From positions 32,001 to 96,000 of IMG/VR virus record IMGVR_UViG_3300009037_000003: 64,000 nucleotides of DNA, one strand, 5' to 3'. Numbering within the stretch: position 1 is the stretch's first letter; each line of letters begins with the position of its first letter. This DNA is from a virus. Its lineage: Duplodnaviria; Caudoviricetes. Positions 17,766 to 27,197 of this stretch are shown here, piece by piece. The notes beneath the pieces were generated by a model. It saw only the letters and a list, made by a program, of their open reading frames with translations, searched no databases and was not told where the DNA came from. Made by a program: the position numbers and the translations under genes.

Positions 17766-18056
17766 ATGCCAACTTATGAGTACAGATGTTCGTCGTGTGA
17801 AAACCATATAGAAGTAGTACACTCGATGACAACAACCTTACTTGTCTGTCCTGCCTGCCACAAAGAGTCTCTCGTCAAGCTAATTAGTGCGGGTTTACCA
17901 CCGATTGTACGAGGGACAAAAACCCCATGCCGTGGCGGCAGAGTCTTAGAGCAGAAGCCGAAACCGGAGCCATACACACCGTTTTGGCGTGACGACAAAA
18001 TTAATCCGAATGTTCTCAAAAATCCTAAGAAGTACATCGAAACAGGAGAAATCTAA
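17766..18056 (+). CDS. FmdB-family zinc ribbon protein
   Basis: MPTYEYRCSSC...CPAC...LVKLIS. Confidence 0.85.
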   Translation: MPTYEYRCSSCENHIEVVHSMTTTLLVCPACHKESLVKLISAGLPPIVRGTKTPCRGGRVLEQKPKPEPYTPFWRDDKINPNVLKNPKKYIETGEI

Positions 18057-18380
18057 ATGCTTGGTCCAAGATTTTCAATGGCAGCTAGGGACGGTAAGGA
18101 AGTTACATTGAGTTCTGCCGGAATGGTAAAACTCATTTGTGAATCATGCGATACCGAACTAATGCACATTCAATTCGTCAATGACGATCGTTGTCGCGGC
18201 TTGAATCAAAATGTCAAAATGTTCGCGAAGTGTCCTTGCGGACAATTTTCGAACATAGTGACTACTACTCAAAAATTTTTTCCAGGAGCCGCCAGCGACC
18301 ATTTAATATTTGACATCCTAACTGATGAACAGCCAGATGTGACTGATGTGTGTTTTCTCGTACATAAGAAACATGAATAA
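18057..18380 (+). CDS. hypothetical zinc-binding protein
   Basis: CESC...CPCG; abuts neighbours. Confidence 0.55.
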   Translation: MLGPRFSMAARDGKEVTLSSAGMVKLICESCDTELMHIQFVNDDRCRGLNQNVKMFAKCPCGQFSNIVTTTQKFFPGAASDHLIFDILTDEQPDVTDVCFLVHKKHE

Positions 18381-18675
18381 ACAATTATTTATCGATATTA
18401 ATGGGACTGCACATAAATCACGCGAAGATTCCAGCGAGTTAATAGTTGCTGTACAAAATACGTCTCGCTGTCTGGTTCTAGCTTCATCTACTGGTGAATT
18501 ATTCGATCCATGTAGGTCGGCGATGTTAAACCAAAAAGATAACGAGAGGGGGCAACTAAAGTGGCAAATGAGACCGTGTAGCAGTGAGTGTCTACAACAT
18601 TATTCTGTCTTTTTAAAAACTCGTAACAGAACTCCGTTTGTATTAGCACAAAGGGTTTATACATATGGTAATTAG
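18373..18675 (+). CDS. hypothetical protein
   Basis: Coupled ORF in operon. Confidence 0.55.
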   Translation: MNKQLFIDINGTAHKSREDSSELIVAVQNTSRCLVLASSTGELFDPCRSAMLNQKDNERGQLKWQMRPCSSECLQHYSVFLKTRNRTPFVLAQRVYTYGN

Positions 18676-18967
18676 TCGAATCATTTCCGACTTGAAAGCG
18701 ATAATCAGAAAGCATTCTTCGGTCAAAATAGCTGCTGCCAATGTCACACAGCTTGCTACCAAGATTGCAGATTATATCGTTTCTCTCACTCCACCAGAAC
18801 CAGTCAAAGGCGATGGAGATAGAATCATAAAGATTATGCCGGTGAATAACGATCGTTCGTTAAATATTGGGAAAGGTGTTAGTGCGATGACGCCATCTGA
18901 GTCGGCAAGAGCAGACGAACAGCTAAATCGTTCCCCATATAAGAGTGAAAGTCATGGCAACGCTTAG
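18665..18967 (+). CDS. hypothetical protein
   Basis: Coupled ORF in operon. Confidence 0.55.
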   Translation: MVISRIISDLKAIIRKHSSVKIAAANVTQLATKIADYIVSLTPPEPVKGDGDRIIKIMPVNNDRSLNIGKGVSAMTPSESARADEQLNRSPYKSESHGNA

Positions 18968-19379
18968 AGATGAACTACTATCGTTTAATGCTACGAAAGA
19001 GACTCCGAAGACAAGATTCTTAGTTTCTTTATCAGATGGCAGAACCGTTATACAGGACGACAGAGTCGGCCAACGACATGCCTGGATAAGACTGCGTGAA
19101 TGGCTACAAGCTAATCATGATGTCCACATAACCGGCTTACGATTACAAGGCGCACGTAATTTTATGATTGATATGCCGAGTAATTGTGGTGGGTATTTTT
19201 TCGGCAACAAGATCCATGCCGTGTGGGGTGGGCGAAGGAGCGAATATGTCGGGGTTGGATATTTGGACAAAGACACTGTTAGAGTGGCATGGTATCGAGT
19301 ACCAAATTTTGATCACTCATTCAGTGAATCGCGGACTGTTTCGGAAGCAGGTTTCCTTTTGATTGAAAAGAGTAAGTAA
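18954..19379 (+). CDS. hypothetical protein
   Basis: Coupled ORF in operon. Confidence 0.6.
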   Translation: MATLRDELLSFNATKETPKTRFLVSLSDGRTVIQDDRVGQRHAWIRLREWLQANHDVHITGLRLQGARNFMIDMPSNCGGYFFGNKIHAVWGGRRSEYVGVGYLDKDTVRVAWYRVPNFDHSFSESRTVSEAGFLLIEKSK

Positions 19380-19861
19380 TGTATCAACAAAGAGAAACAG
19401 GTAAATTAGACTCGCCAACTACCCCCGGAATGATGGTAACGCCGAGAAATTACTGTATAGAATTGATCTGCCTGAATGTTAATAGAAGTCTACCGCCGAA
19501 ATTTTGGCTGGACAATAAGTATTGGGGGCCTAAGTTCAAAAGAGAAGTTGGTGGTATTAGTAGATTAGGGAAGAAACTCGCCAACACGGATCTAGATCTA
19601 GGAACGCCGTTCAATATGACAATATTGGCATCCGTGATTCAGGCGTATTGCGTGAAGTCTTTGACTGCTAATAGAACTATGGACAAAGTAATTACGTGGA
19701 TGAAGAAAAAGAGTGCCTCAATACAATCGCAGCGGTCTGTGATAGTGTCACAAGCAGCGCCAGTTTCTTTTGATATAACAGAGAATATGCGAATCGTTGA
19801 TGTAGGTGAATCGACCCCGCTGTCCAAAATTAAGAAGATAACCCAAAATGGCCAAACATAA
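19379..19861 (+). CDS. hypothetical protein
   Basis: TAATG coupling; directly upstream of recA. Confidence 0.6.
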   Translation: MYQQRETGKLDSPTTPGMMVTPRNYCIELICLNVNRSLPPKFWLDNKYWGPKFKREVGGISRLGKKLANTDLDLGTPFNMTILASVIQAYCVKSLTANRTMDKVITWMKKKSASIQSQRSVIVSQAAPVSFDITENMRIVDVGESTPLSKIKKITQNGQT

Positions 19862-20903
19862 AAAGACAGATATTTCTCAGGAATCTCTCGATGTGTTTCT
19901 GACCAGGATGTATGGCGATGGGATTATTGCAACGGCAGACCGAGCACTTTCCCCCAAAGCTAAAAAGGTATTGAAGACTCCACTTTCTTTGGATGTTGCT
20001 TTGAGCGGTGGGATTCCGGATGGATGCATTTGTCTCATAACAGGGAAACCTAAGTCTGGGAAAAGTACATTATGTCTTGAGTTACTCAAAAACGCGCAAC
20101 AAGCCAACAGACCAGCATTCTATGTCAATATTGAGAGACGTTGTACCCCGTCACTCCTGAGTACCATTCAGGGGCTAGATACTACAAAACTGCAAGTGGT
20201 TCCATGGCAATCAGAGAAAATCTTATCAGCCGAAGACTATTTATCTATCATAGAACAGATAATCAAAACACAGATGAATGCTGTTGTGGTGATAGACAGT
20301 ATAGCGGCACTATCAACTATCGTTGAGCAAGAAGAAGCTTTGGGGGCCGGTAAAGATATGGCAGGACCAGCCAAGCTCCTATCTTCGTTCTTCCGCCGAG
20401 CATTACAAATTGCAGACCAGAACAATATTATAATGATATTCATTTCTCAGGTAATGTCAAATCGGGAACCGAAAGGTCCTAAGTATACCGAGAAGGGTGG
20501 CATGGCAATTCAGTACGCTTGTTCTGTGTGGTTGAAAATAAATTGGACGCAACAATGGGAAAAGAATCCTGAAACTAATGCGCCGGACGGTCATGATATA
20601 TACGTTACTGTTCAATCATCGGCAATGGGGAGACCATTTCTTCCGTGCGTATTGCCTCTTCGGTACGGAATGGGAATAGATAATGTAACCGATATCGTTA
20701 CAAATGCGGAGAATCTTGGTCTAATAGAACGAGCGGGGTCATGGTATTCTGTTCCATTGCTGGCAGGCGATGACGGTTCGCCAATGAAATTTCAGGGTGC
20801 CACAAAGATTGCAACGTACTTGAGGGAAAATCCGGAGAAACTCGCAGTATTGGAGAACAGTGTTCGAGACATAGTTTTGGGGGAGAAACGGTATGACAAT
20901 TGA
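19848..20903 (+). CDS. recA: RecA/UvsX recombinase
   Basis: SLDVALSGGIP, GKPKSGKST, VVIDSIAAL, IFISQ, GGMAIQY, AGSWY. Confidence 0.92.
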   Translation: MAKHKKTDISQESLDVFLTRMYGDGIIATADRALSPKAKKVLKTPLSLDVALSGGIPDGCICLITGKPKSGKSTLCLELLKNAQQANRPAFYVNIERRCTPSLLSTIQGLDTTKLQVVPWQSEKILSAEDYLSIIEQIIKTQMNAVVVIDSIAALSTIVEQEEALGAGKDMAGPAKLLSSFFRRALQIADQNNIIMIFISQVMSNREPKGPKYTEKGGMAIQYACSVWLKINWTQQWEKNPETNAPDGHDIYVTVQSSAMGRPFLPCVLPLRYGMGIDNVTDIVTNAENLGLIERAGSWYSVPLLAGDDGSPMKFQGATKIATYLRENPEKLAVLENSVRDIVLGEKRYDN

Positions 20904-21471
20904 TCTGACTTGGCTGTGTCTGAATGATCCAATTCTGAGCGACAGATCCGCTGATAAATATTATTTGACAACTGCATACGAGATATCTAGAAGTAGTCCT
21001 GATCCGTATACAAAGAATGGCGCAATTATTGTCGACGAGTACGAAAACACGGTAATCGGTAGAGGTATAAACCAAATGCCTGGAGACAACTTCGTTCCGT
21101 GTCGTTGTAGTACTTTGTCTAGGTCGTGCGATGTAATGGACAGGAACCTCAAGAACGAGTACATTATACACGCCGAAGAAGCTGCTATTATTGATGTAGC
21201 AGTTAATGGCAATAAACTTGGTAGGGGGAAGATGGTATTATATGCCCCATTTCTATGTTGCTTCAGATGCGCAAGGATGATTATTCAGGCTGGAATCAAA
21301 GAAGTAGTAGGGCATGCGCCTCTTATGACCATGGCGAAACAGCATACTACGTGGCTTGATTCTACGAAACGTGGGTTAGAGCTATTGCAAGAAGCTGGTA
21401 TTAATTGCGTATTCTATAAGTCGTTAGTCGGCACGACAACATTGTTTAACGGCAAACAAATCACCGTATGA
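20893..21471 (+). CDS. dCMP deaminase
   Basis: SPDPYTKNGAII, HAEEAAI, CFRCARMIIQAGIKEV. Confidence 0.9.
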   Translation: MTIDLTWLCLNDPILSDRSADKYYLTTAYEISRSSPDPYTKNGAIIVDEYENTVIGRGINQMPGDNFVPCRCSTLSRSCDVMDRNLKNEYIIHAEEAAIIDVAVNGNKLGRGKMVLYAPFLCCFRCARMIIQAGIKEVVGHAPLMTMAKQHTTWLDSTKRGLELLQEAGINCVFYKSLVGTTTLFNGKQITV

Positions 21472-21836
21472 AAATGCTATCAGCATCTGGTGTTGAAATC
21501 GATGTCAAGCTGCATGGCAAAAGGTTGAGATCGGTAGAATGTTGCAAATCAGGCTTCCAATATGAAGTTGGTCGTAGCTTACTACAGCATTATCCGCACA
21601 ACATAATCTTCGAGGAGGTTTATATTCCGGTCGACAAAATGTTCCTCGATTTTTTCATTCCGTCTTTGAGTATCGTGGTAGAATGCCATGGCGAACAGCA
21701 TGTTAAACACATTAAGTTTTTCCACGCGACCAAAAAAGACTTTAATGACCAGCGAGACAAAGATCAACGCAAACGCAATTTTTGCGAGATAAATAATCTA
21801 AAATTGATAGAGGTGTATCGACATGAATATTCATGA
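21468..21836 (+). CDS. Vsr/DUF559-like PD-(D/E)XK endonuclease
   Basis: FLDFFIP...VECHGEQH...D..KRNFCEINNLKLIEV. Confidence 0.75.
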   Translation: MKMLSASGVEIDVKLHGKRLRSVECCKSGFQYEVGRSLLQHYPHNIIFEEVYIPVDKMFLDFFIPSLSIVVECHGEQHVKHIKFFHATKKDFNDQRDKDQRKRNFCEINNLKLIEVYRHEYS

Positions 21837-22227
21837 GGAATTCAACGAGTATAGACAGCAACTGGATTTATGGATGCAGTCATTAGGACTCTTAAATTGT
21901 AAGCCACCAGAAAATGATTGCGTCGAGCAAATTCTATCCATGGATAGAACTGCGCTAGCCGAAAGGGAAACGATCAAGCTGGGACAAGACGCTTTTATCC
22001 TATCTCAATACGCATTGTTTCTGGAAATGAAGTCAAATGAATGTAAGGGGTTCCTAAAATGGGCGGCATACACGTCTCCTAAGCTGGACCAGAACGATCG
22101 TCCATTGTTATTCCAATGGACAAAGAAAGCGGAGCTTCGGCTAGAAAGGATACAATATCTCACAAAAAGAATCGAATCGATGATACAGGCATTGGGTAAT
22201 ATCATTAGAATAAGGAAAAATGTATGA
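21823..22227 (+). CDS. helical hypothetical protein (possible UvsY-like mediator)
   Basis: 134 aa, predicted all-helical, near recA; similarity weak. Confidence 0.5.
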   Translation: MNIHEEFNEYRQQLDLWMQSLGLLNCKPPENDCVEQILSMDRTALAERETIKLGQDAFILSQYALFLEMKSNECKGFLKWAAYTSPKLDQNDRPLLFQWTKKAELRLERIQYLTKRIESMIQALGNIIRIRKNV

Positions 22228-22727
22228 CACCGCTAGAATTGATCAAAAATGGCATAGAGAGAGCAAACTGGCAAGATATTTGCGAAGCGTATCAAATATT
22301 AACTGGTTGCGCAATATCGCCCAGCACTTCATCCTATGCAATTCCGTCCAAGGTAGCGAAAATTTGGGCTATCATGAATGAGCCTGATGACGATACCAAC
22401 ACGTCAGAGCTAACTGTTGCGACATTTTCCGACAATATAGATGTTACAGTCGAGCCAACCGAACAGGCGGACGAACTAGTCACGTCAGATAATTCCTGCT
22501 TAATAACGAACACTCCAACACAAGCAGAGATCGAAGAGAATAAAAAATTGGCTGCTAAAAGTATGCAGAGAAAAACTGCGACAAATAGGCAGTCAAAACC
22601 GACTACGTATGAGGTTAAATGCAGTGAATGCAACAAAACTTTTTTGTCTCCTATTCGGAGTGGTAGCATTGGGCAGAAGTGTCAGGATTGCTTGAACGAT
22701 AAGAAGGGGCGATTCGTCCGTGGCTAA
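22224..22727 (+). CDS. hypothetical protein with C-terminal zinc ribbon
   Basis: CSEC...CQDC. Confidence 0.6.
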   Translation: MTPLELIKNGIERANWQDICEAYQILTGCAISPSTSSYAIPSKVAKIWAIMNEPDDDTNTSELTVATFSDNIDVTVEPTEQADELVTSDNSCLITNTPTQAEIEENKKLAAKSMQRKTATNRQSKPTTYEVKCSECNKTFLSPIRSGSIGQKCQDCLNDKKGRFVRG

Positions 22728-24153
22728 TAAACCAAATGCAATTCTTCAAGACGTAGAACTCGAAAAGGCGGTACTCCAATGCATAATTAGCAATGGTCCG
22801 AACTGCTTTTTCCAAATAGAGGAGTTACTAACTGGAGATGATTTTTATTGGACTAAGCACAAGAAACTTTTCAAGCTTCTATCGCATCTTGCCTATCAGG
22901 AGGATGTGAAGAGCTATGATCTAGTGTTGATTCAGGTTGCTGCAAAAACACTTGGGTTTACCGATTTCTTGCAAGACGGAGAAAATTACAAGTACCTAAC
23001 TGATCTCGTCTCGCATCCTGGTGCTACAACAGAAACAATTTTGCCTACAGTTGCCGTTGTTTACAAATTGTCTTTGGCTCGTAAAGGATATCTTGCAGCG
23101 GTTGGCATCCAGGATAACATGAAGAAGGTAACCGGAGGAGAAGGGGTAGATCAGATTATTGAATGCATTGAGGAACCGATATTTTCGCTAACAGGTAAAT
23201 TGAATGATCAGAATAGCGGGTCGACGTCTCTCGGGCACGCATTTTTCGGTGTTATGACACAGTTAGCGACGGAACCCAAAGACGTCGTCGGTCTACCGAC
23301 TGGATTCCCATTGTGGGATATTGCGATCGGAGGCGGCCTCAGACCGGCGACAGTCAGCGTCGTTGGCGCGAGGCCGAAAATTGGCAAATCATGGTTTTGC
23401 TTGAATGTGGCAAAAAATGTTGCAATGCATGGAATTCCTGTATTATATCTTGATACGGAATTGACCGGAACTGTGCAGATTCAGAGACTTACAGCATTAA
23501 TGACCGGTGTCGAACTATCCAGAATCGAAACAGGAAAATTTGTAACCAATACTCACGAGGAAAAAGCTGTATTCGGCGCTAAAGAACAAATGGAAAAACT
23601 GACAATAGAGCACGTGTCAGTCGCCGGACTAAGTCCACAGGCCATTGTTTCGATTGCGAGACGTTGGGTCGCCAAGACGGTTGGGTTTACGGCCAGTGGG
23701 GCTGCAAAGCCGTGTGTTATTATCTATGACTATCTTAAGCTGATGGACGATGGCGGGCTAAAAGGAAATCTGCAGGAATATCAGGCACTAGGATTTCTAG
23801 TTACCGCGCTTCATAACTTTGCGGTTAAATTTAAGCTACCGATACTAGCGACTGTACAATTGAATAGAGACGGCGTAGAAAAAGAGGGATCAGAAGTAGT
23901 GTCTGGCTCAGACCGGATCGTATGGCTATGTTCCAATTTCTCAATCCTTAAAAATAAGACATCAAATGAGCTGAACGAAGATCCGCCAGCCAACGGCACC
24001 AAAAAGATTTTTGTAACCGATACTAGATATGGGCCAGGAATGCCAAAAGGCGAATATATCAACATAATAGATAAATTATCTCACGGCGAGCTAAGGGAAG
24101 GCAAGCCATTTTCATTTGTTTTATCGTCTGCATGGAATAATAAACAAAAATGA
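22720..24153 (+). CDS. dnaB: replicative DNA helicase
   Basis: GLPTGF, GARPKIGKS, YLDTEL, IYDYLKLM, VQLNR, SGSD. Confidence 0.93.
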   Translation: MANKPNAILQDVELEKAVLQCIISNGPNCFFQIEELLTGDDFYWTKHKKLFKLLSHLAYQEDVKSYDLVLIQVAAKTLGFTDFLQDGENYKYLTDLVSHPGATTETILPTVAVVYKLSLARKGYLAAVGIQDNMKKVTGGEGVDQIIECIEEPIFSLTGKLNDQNSGSTSLGHAFFGVMTQLATEPKDVVGLPTGFPLWDIAIGGGLRPATVSVVGARPKIGKSWFCLNVAKNVAMHGIPVLYLDTELTGTVQIQRLTALMTGVELSRIETGKFVTNTHEEKAVFGAKEQMEKLTIEHVSVAGLSPQAIVSIARRWVAKTVGFTASGAAKPCVIIYDYLKLMDDGGLKGNLQEYQALGFLVTALHNFAVKFKLPILATVQLNRDGVEKEGSEVVSGSDRIVWLCSNFSILKNKTSNELNEDPPANGTKKIFVTDTRYGPGMPKGEYINIIDKLSHGELREGKPFSFVLSSAWNNKQK

Positions 24154-25226
24154 TGAATGTCAAATTTGTTCAAGATAGAGCTTGTGAACGAGTGCAAGAA
24201 ATTTTCGACGCCTTCGATCTTTCCTATGTTGAAAGTATCGACTATTTTCATATGAAGTGTCCAGTGCATAATGGGGATAATGAGCGTGGAATGTTTTGGG
24301 CTAAGAATACCAATCACTGGCAATGCATAACAAGAGGTTGTCAAAAGGATCAGATAACTGGTCGATCGAATAGTATCTTTGGATTGATCAGAGGCATTAT
24401 GGCAGCACGAGGAACTCCAATTAGTTTTAGACGTGCAGTTGATTGGACATCTGATCTGCTGTGTTTACGTGGAACATGCGATCGTATAGAACAAAAACGT
24501 ATCACGACGAAGAAAGAAGATAGGCCAGAGATAGCGAAACGTTTTATCGAACTGAAAGATGTTGTCGGATATCTCAATCGCGATTGCACGTATTTCCCAG
24601 CAAGAGGTATCTCTCAGGACATTTTGGCGAGATATCATGTTTCTATCTGCAATACTCCTAATAAATCGATGTACCAGCGAGCGTTTTTCCCGGTGCTGGA
24701 TGTTAGTGGAAGAAAAATTTTAGGATGGTCTGGACGGAGCATATTCGACAAATGCGAAAAATGCGGTATGTATCACAGTACTAAGGTGGATTGTACTAAT
24801 GTTACTCTTACTAGCAGATTCGCCAAGTGGAAACATACGAAGGGTTTTCGCAAAGGTCAATCATTATATAACATATGGTTCGCAAAGTCACACATAAACA
24901 AATCCCGAACAGCAATAATATGTGAGGGCGCTGTGGATGTTTGGCGATTGGAAATGAGTGGTTTCAGAAATTCAGTAGGAATTATGGGTACGTCTATCTC
25001 GAAAGAACAAAGATTACTGCTACAGCAAGCAGGAGCTCTTACGCTAATACTGGCGCTGGATAATGACGAAGCGGGTCGGAAGGGGACGGCGACAATCGTA
25101 GACCAGCTATCTTCGTATTTTAGAATTTTCGTAGCAGACATCTCGAAAAAGGATATAGGGGAAATGAATGTAGCAGAAATCACACAAACAATGAAAGGAG
25201 TTACCAATGGCAGAGTTTATCGTTAA
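24150..25226 (+). CDS. dnaG: DNA primase
   Basis: CPVHNGDN zinc finger, RGIS, FFPV...GWSGR, TOPRIM CEGAVD and LDNDEAG. Confidence 0.9.
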   Translation: MMNVKFVQDRACERVQEIFDAFDLSYVESIDYFHMKCPVHNGDNERGMFWAKNTNHWQCITRGCQKDQITGRSNSIFGLIRGIMAARGTPISFRRAVDWTSDLLCLRGTCDRIEQKRITTKKEDRPEIAKRFIELKDVVGYLNRDCTYFPARGISQDILARYHVSICNTPNKSMYQRAFFPVLDVSGRKILGWSGRSIFDKCEKCGMYHSTKVDCTNVTLTSRFAKWKHTKGFRKGQSLYNIWFAKSHINKSRTAIICEGAVDVWRLEMSGFRNSVGIMGTSISKEQRLLLQQAGALTLILALDNDEAGRKGTATIVDQLSSYFRIFVADISKKDIGEMNVAEITQTMKGVTNGRVYR

Positions 25227-25566
25227 GGATTCCGGCGAACGAAAGGAATTCGCTACCGGAGCAGTAAGAGACACTCAAGCAGGAAAACCTCGATATGACC
25301 TAATTCCACCAACAGCCTTGAGGCGTTTGGCGACGCATTATGCCAAGGGGGCGGAAAAGTATACTGAGCACAATTGGACAAAGGGTATTCCGATGTCTAG
25401 GTGTGTTGCCAGTTTGATGAGACATATAATGCAATTTATTCTTGGCGACAAAGAAGAAGATCATCTGGCAGCTTGCTTGTTCAATATCATGTGTATCATT
25501 CATTATCAAGAAACAGGCCGCACGGATCTGGATGATCTGTTTGACTGGAAGGCATCTAGCGAATGA
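25207..25566 (+). CDS. DUF5664 dATP/dGTP diphosphohydrolase-domain protein
   Basis: GAVRD...KPRYDLIP...GAEKY..HNW.KG...RH...EDHLAA..FN. Confidence 0.85.
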   Translation: MAEFIVKDSGERKEFATGAVRDTQAGKPRYDLIPPTALRRLATHYAKGAEKYTEHNWTKGIPMSRCVASLMRHIMQFILGDKEEDHLAACLFNIMCIIHYQETGRTDLDDLFDWKASSE

Positions 25567-26432
25567 AAATAGAAAATTGCAGTGCTTCTGCCATTAAGCT
25601 GTTCGATAAGTGTAACTTTGCGTATTTTCTGAGATACGTCCTAAGGAGATCTATTGCCGCAGGGAAAGCTGCTATGCAAGGGAAGATTGTCCATAAGGCC
25701 GTGGAAATGATAGCAAAGCTCCACCTTAAAGGGAAAACGATAGATACCGAAAGGGTGTTGGAATGGGCATGGGACCGATGCTTGCGAGAGAGTCCAGACG
25801 TTGATATCCGTAAAACTACATCTCGCGGAGAAGCGGCAGATTACAAAAAATGTCGCAATGCTCTTGAAGGCATTTTGGATAGCGACTATAATCCCAGGAA
25901 GCTTAAGATACTTGGGATAGAAAAATGGTTTTCAATAGAAATGCCCGGTCCGGAATGGGCTAATCGCAATGGGCAACAACTTACGGTCAGAGGGTTTATC
26001 GACCTAGTTCACGAAATCGACGAAAACACTATAGAGATCGTCGACTGGAAGACCGGCGCAGTTGCAGATATATCATCAAAAGAAATTATTGACTCGGATC
26101 GAGTAGCTGCCGAAATTCAGGCTCAGCTATATTTTTTGGCCGCATGTTTAATCTATCCAGAGTACAAAAATATCATAATAACTTTTTATTACACAACTGA
26201 TCAGTTGCCGAGAACCGTATATTTTGATCTGACAGACACATGTCGCATTCTTGAAAGGCTTCTCGGGTTCTTTACCACAGTGCAGAAAACGGTTTGTGTA
26301 CGTCGCAATCGGACATGGCAATGCAAAATGTGCGAATTCAATAAAGGGGATCTGTGTACCAATGTGTGGGCAGACTTCTGCACCGCTGGCGAAAAATTTG
26401 TGTTGGAAAAATATCAGCAATCTAATGTATAA
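25563..26432 (+). CDS. PD-(D/E)XK nuclease, Cas4/AddB-like
   Basis: SASAIKLFDKC, GKIVH, RGFIDLV, DWKTG, QAQLY, CKMC...C. Confidence 0.85.
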   Translation: MKIENCSASAIKLFDKCNFAYFLRYVLRRSIAAGKAAMQGKIVHKAVEMIAKLHLKGKTIDTERVLEWAWDRCLRESPDVDIRKTTSRGEAADYKKCRNALEGILDSDYNPRKLKILGIEKWFSIEMPGPEWANRNGQQLTVRGFIDLVHEIDENTIEIVDWKTGAVADISSKEIIDSDRVAAEIQAQLYFLAACLIYPEYKNIIITFYYTTDQLPRTVYFDLTDTCRILERLLGFFTTVQKTVCVRRNRTWQCKMCEFNKGDLCTNVWADFCTAGEKFVLEKYQQSNV

Positions 26433-26433
26433 T
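26406..26433 (+). promoter_or_regulatory. putative promoter gAAAAA-N16-TATAAT
   Basis: A5 26407-11, TATAAT 26428-33, upstream of the HNH gene RBS. Confidence 0.5.
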
Positions 26434-26456
26434 CATTTTGGGGCAGGAGATGATAT

Positions 26457-27197
26457 ATGATTGAAGAATGGAAAGATATTCCGGGATACGAAGGATTGTA
26501 TCAGGCTTCTAGTATGGGAAGAATAAAATCTATTAATTATACGGGTTATTGTTTTGGTCGTCTCTATTCCAAGAAAAGAGAGAAAATATTAAAACCATGT
26601 AAAAATAAAAATGGGAAAAAATATAGATTGATTGTATCTTTACGGAAAGATAAAGCAGTTAAAAGATTTTATATCCACCAATTAGTGATACAAACTTTTG
26701 TTGGGCCTTGCCCATCTAATATGGAGGTGTGTCATAACAATGGAGATTCTGAGAATAATTCAGTAGAAAATTTAAGATATGATACGCACAAATCGAACAT
26801 GATAGATATGTCTAAGCACGGAAATTCACAGATAGGTATCAAAAATCCTAATTGTAAATTGACTGAAGAACAGGTGTTAACGATAACCAGCTTATTACAA
26901 GGTCAATATACCATTGAGGAGATAGCAGAGCAATTCGGTGTTGCTAATAGTCTAATTTCTTGTATTAAAAATAAGAAATACTGGAAACACTTAACCGAAA
27001 ATATTAAATTAGATAGAAAAAATGTTAGAAAAACCCAAAATAAAGGCAGCACAAAATTAACGAGTAACGATATAGATACTATTAAAAAATTAATTCATGG
27101 TGGTCTAAAATCAAAAGAAATAGCTAAAAGATTTGGCGTTAGTTTTGAAACAATCAATAGGATTAAAAAGGGCATTACGTTTAAGGAAGCCTCATGA
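26457..27197 (+). CDS. free-standing NUMOD4-HNH homing endonuclease with two HTH repeats
   Basis: EEWKDIPGYEGLYQASSMGRIKS (NUMOD4), IHQLV...VCHNNGD..NN...NLRY (HNH); visibly AT-richer than flanks. Confidence 0.9.
   Translation: MIEEWKDIPGYEGLYQASSMGRIKSINYTGYCFGRLYSKKREKILKPCKNKNGKKYRLIVSLRKDKAVKRFYIHQLVIQTFVGPCPSNMEVCHNNGDSENNSVENLRYDTHKSNMIDMSKHGNSQIGIKNPNCKLTEEQVLTITSLLQGQYTIEEIAEQFGVANSLISCIKNKKYWKHLTENIKLDRKNVRKTQNKGSTKLTSNDIDTIKKLIHGGLKSKEIAKRFGVSFETINRIKKGITFKEAS

Noticed and set aside
25207-25566. 2-aminoadenine (Z) genome system
   Set aside because: DUF5664 alone is insufficient; no PurZ or DatZ-like gene was recognised in the window.
15899-26432. Cas4-like nucleases as evidence of CRISPR-Cas
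   Set aside because: No repeat-spacer array or other cas genes seen; solo Cas4-like nucleases are common in phage replication modules.
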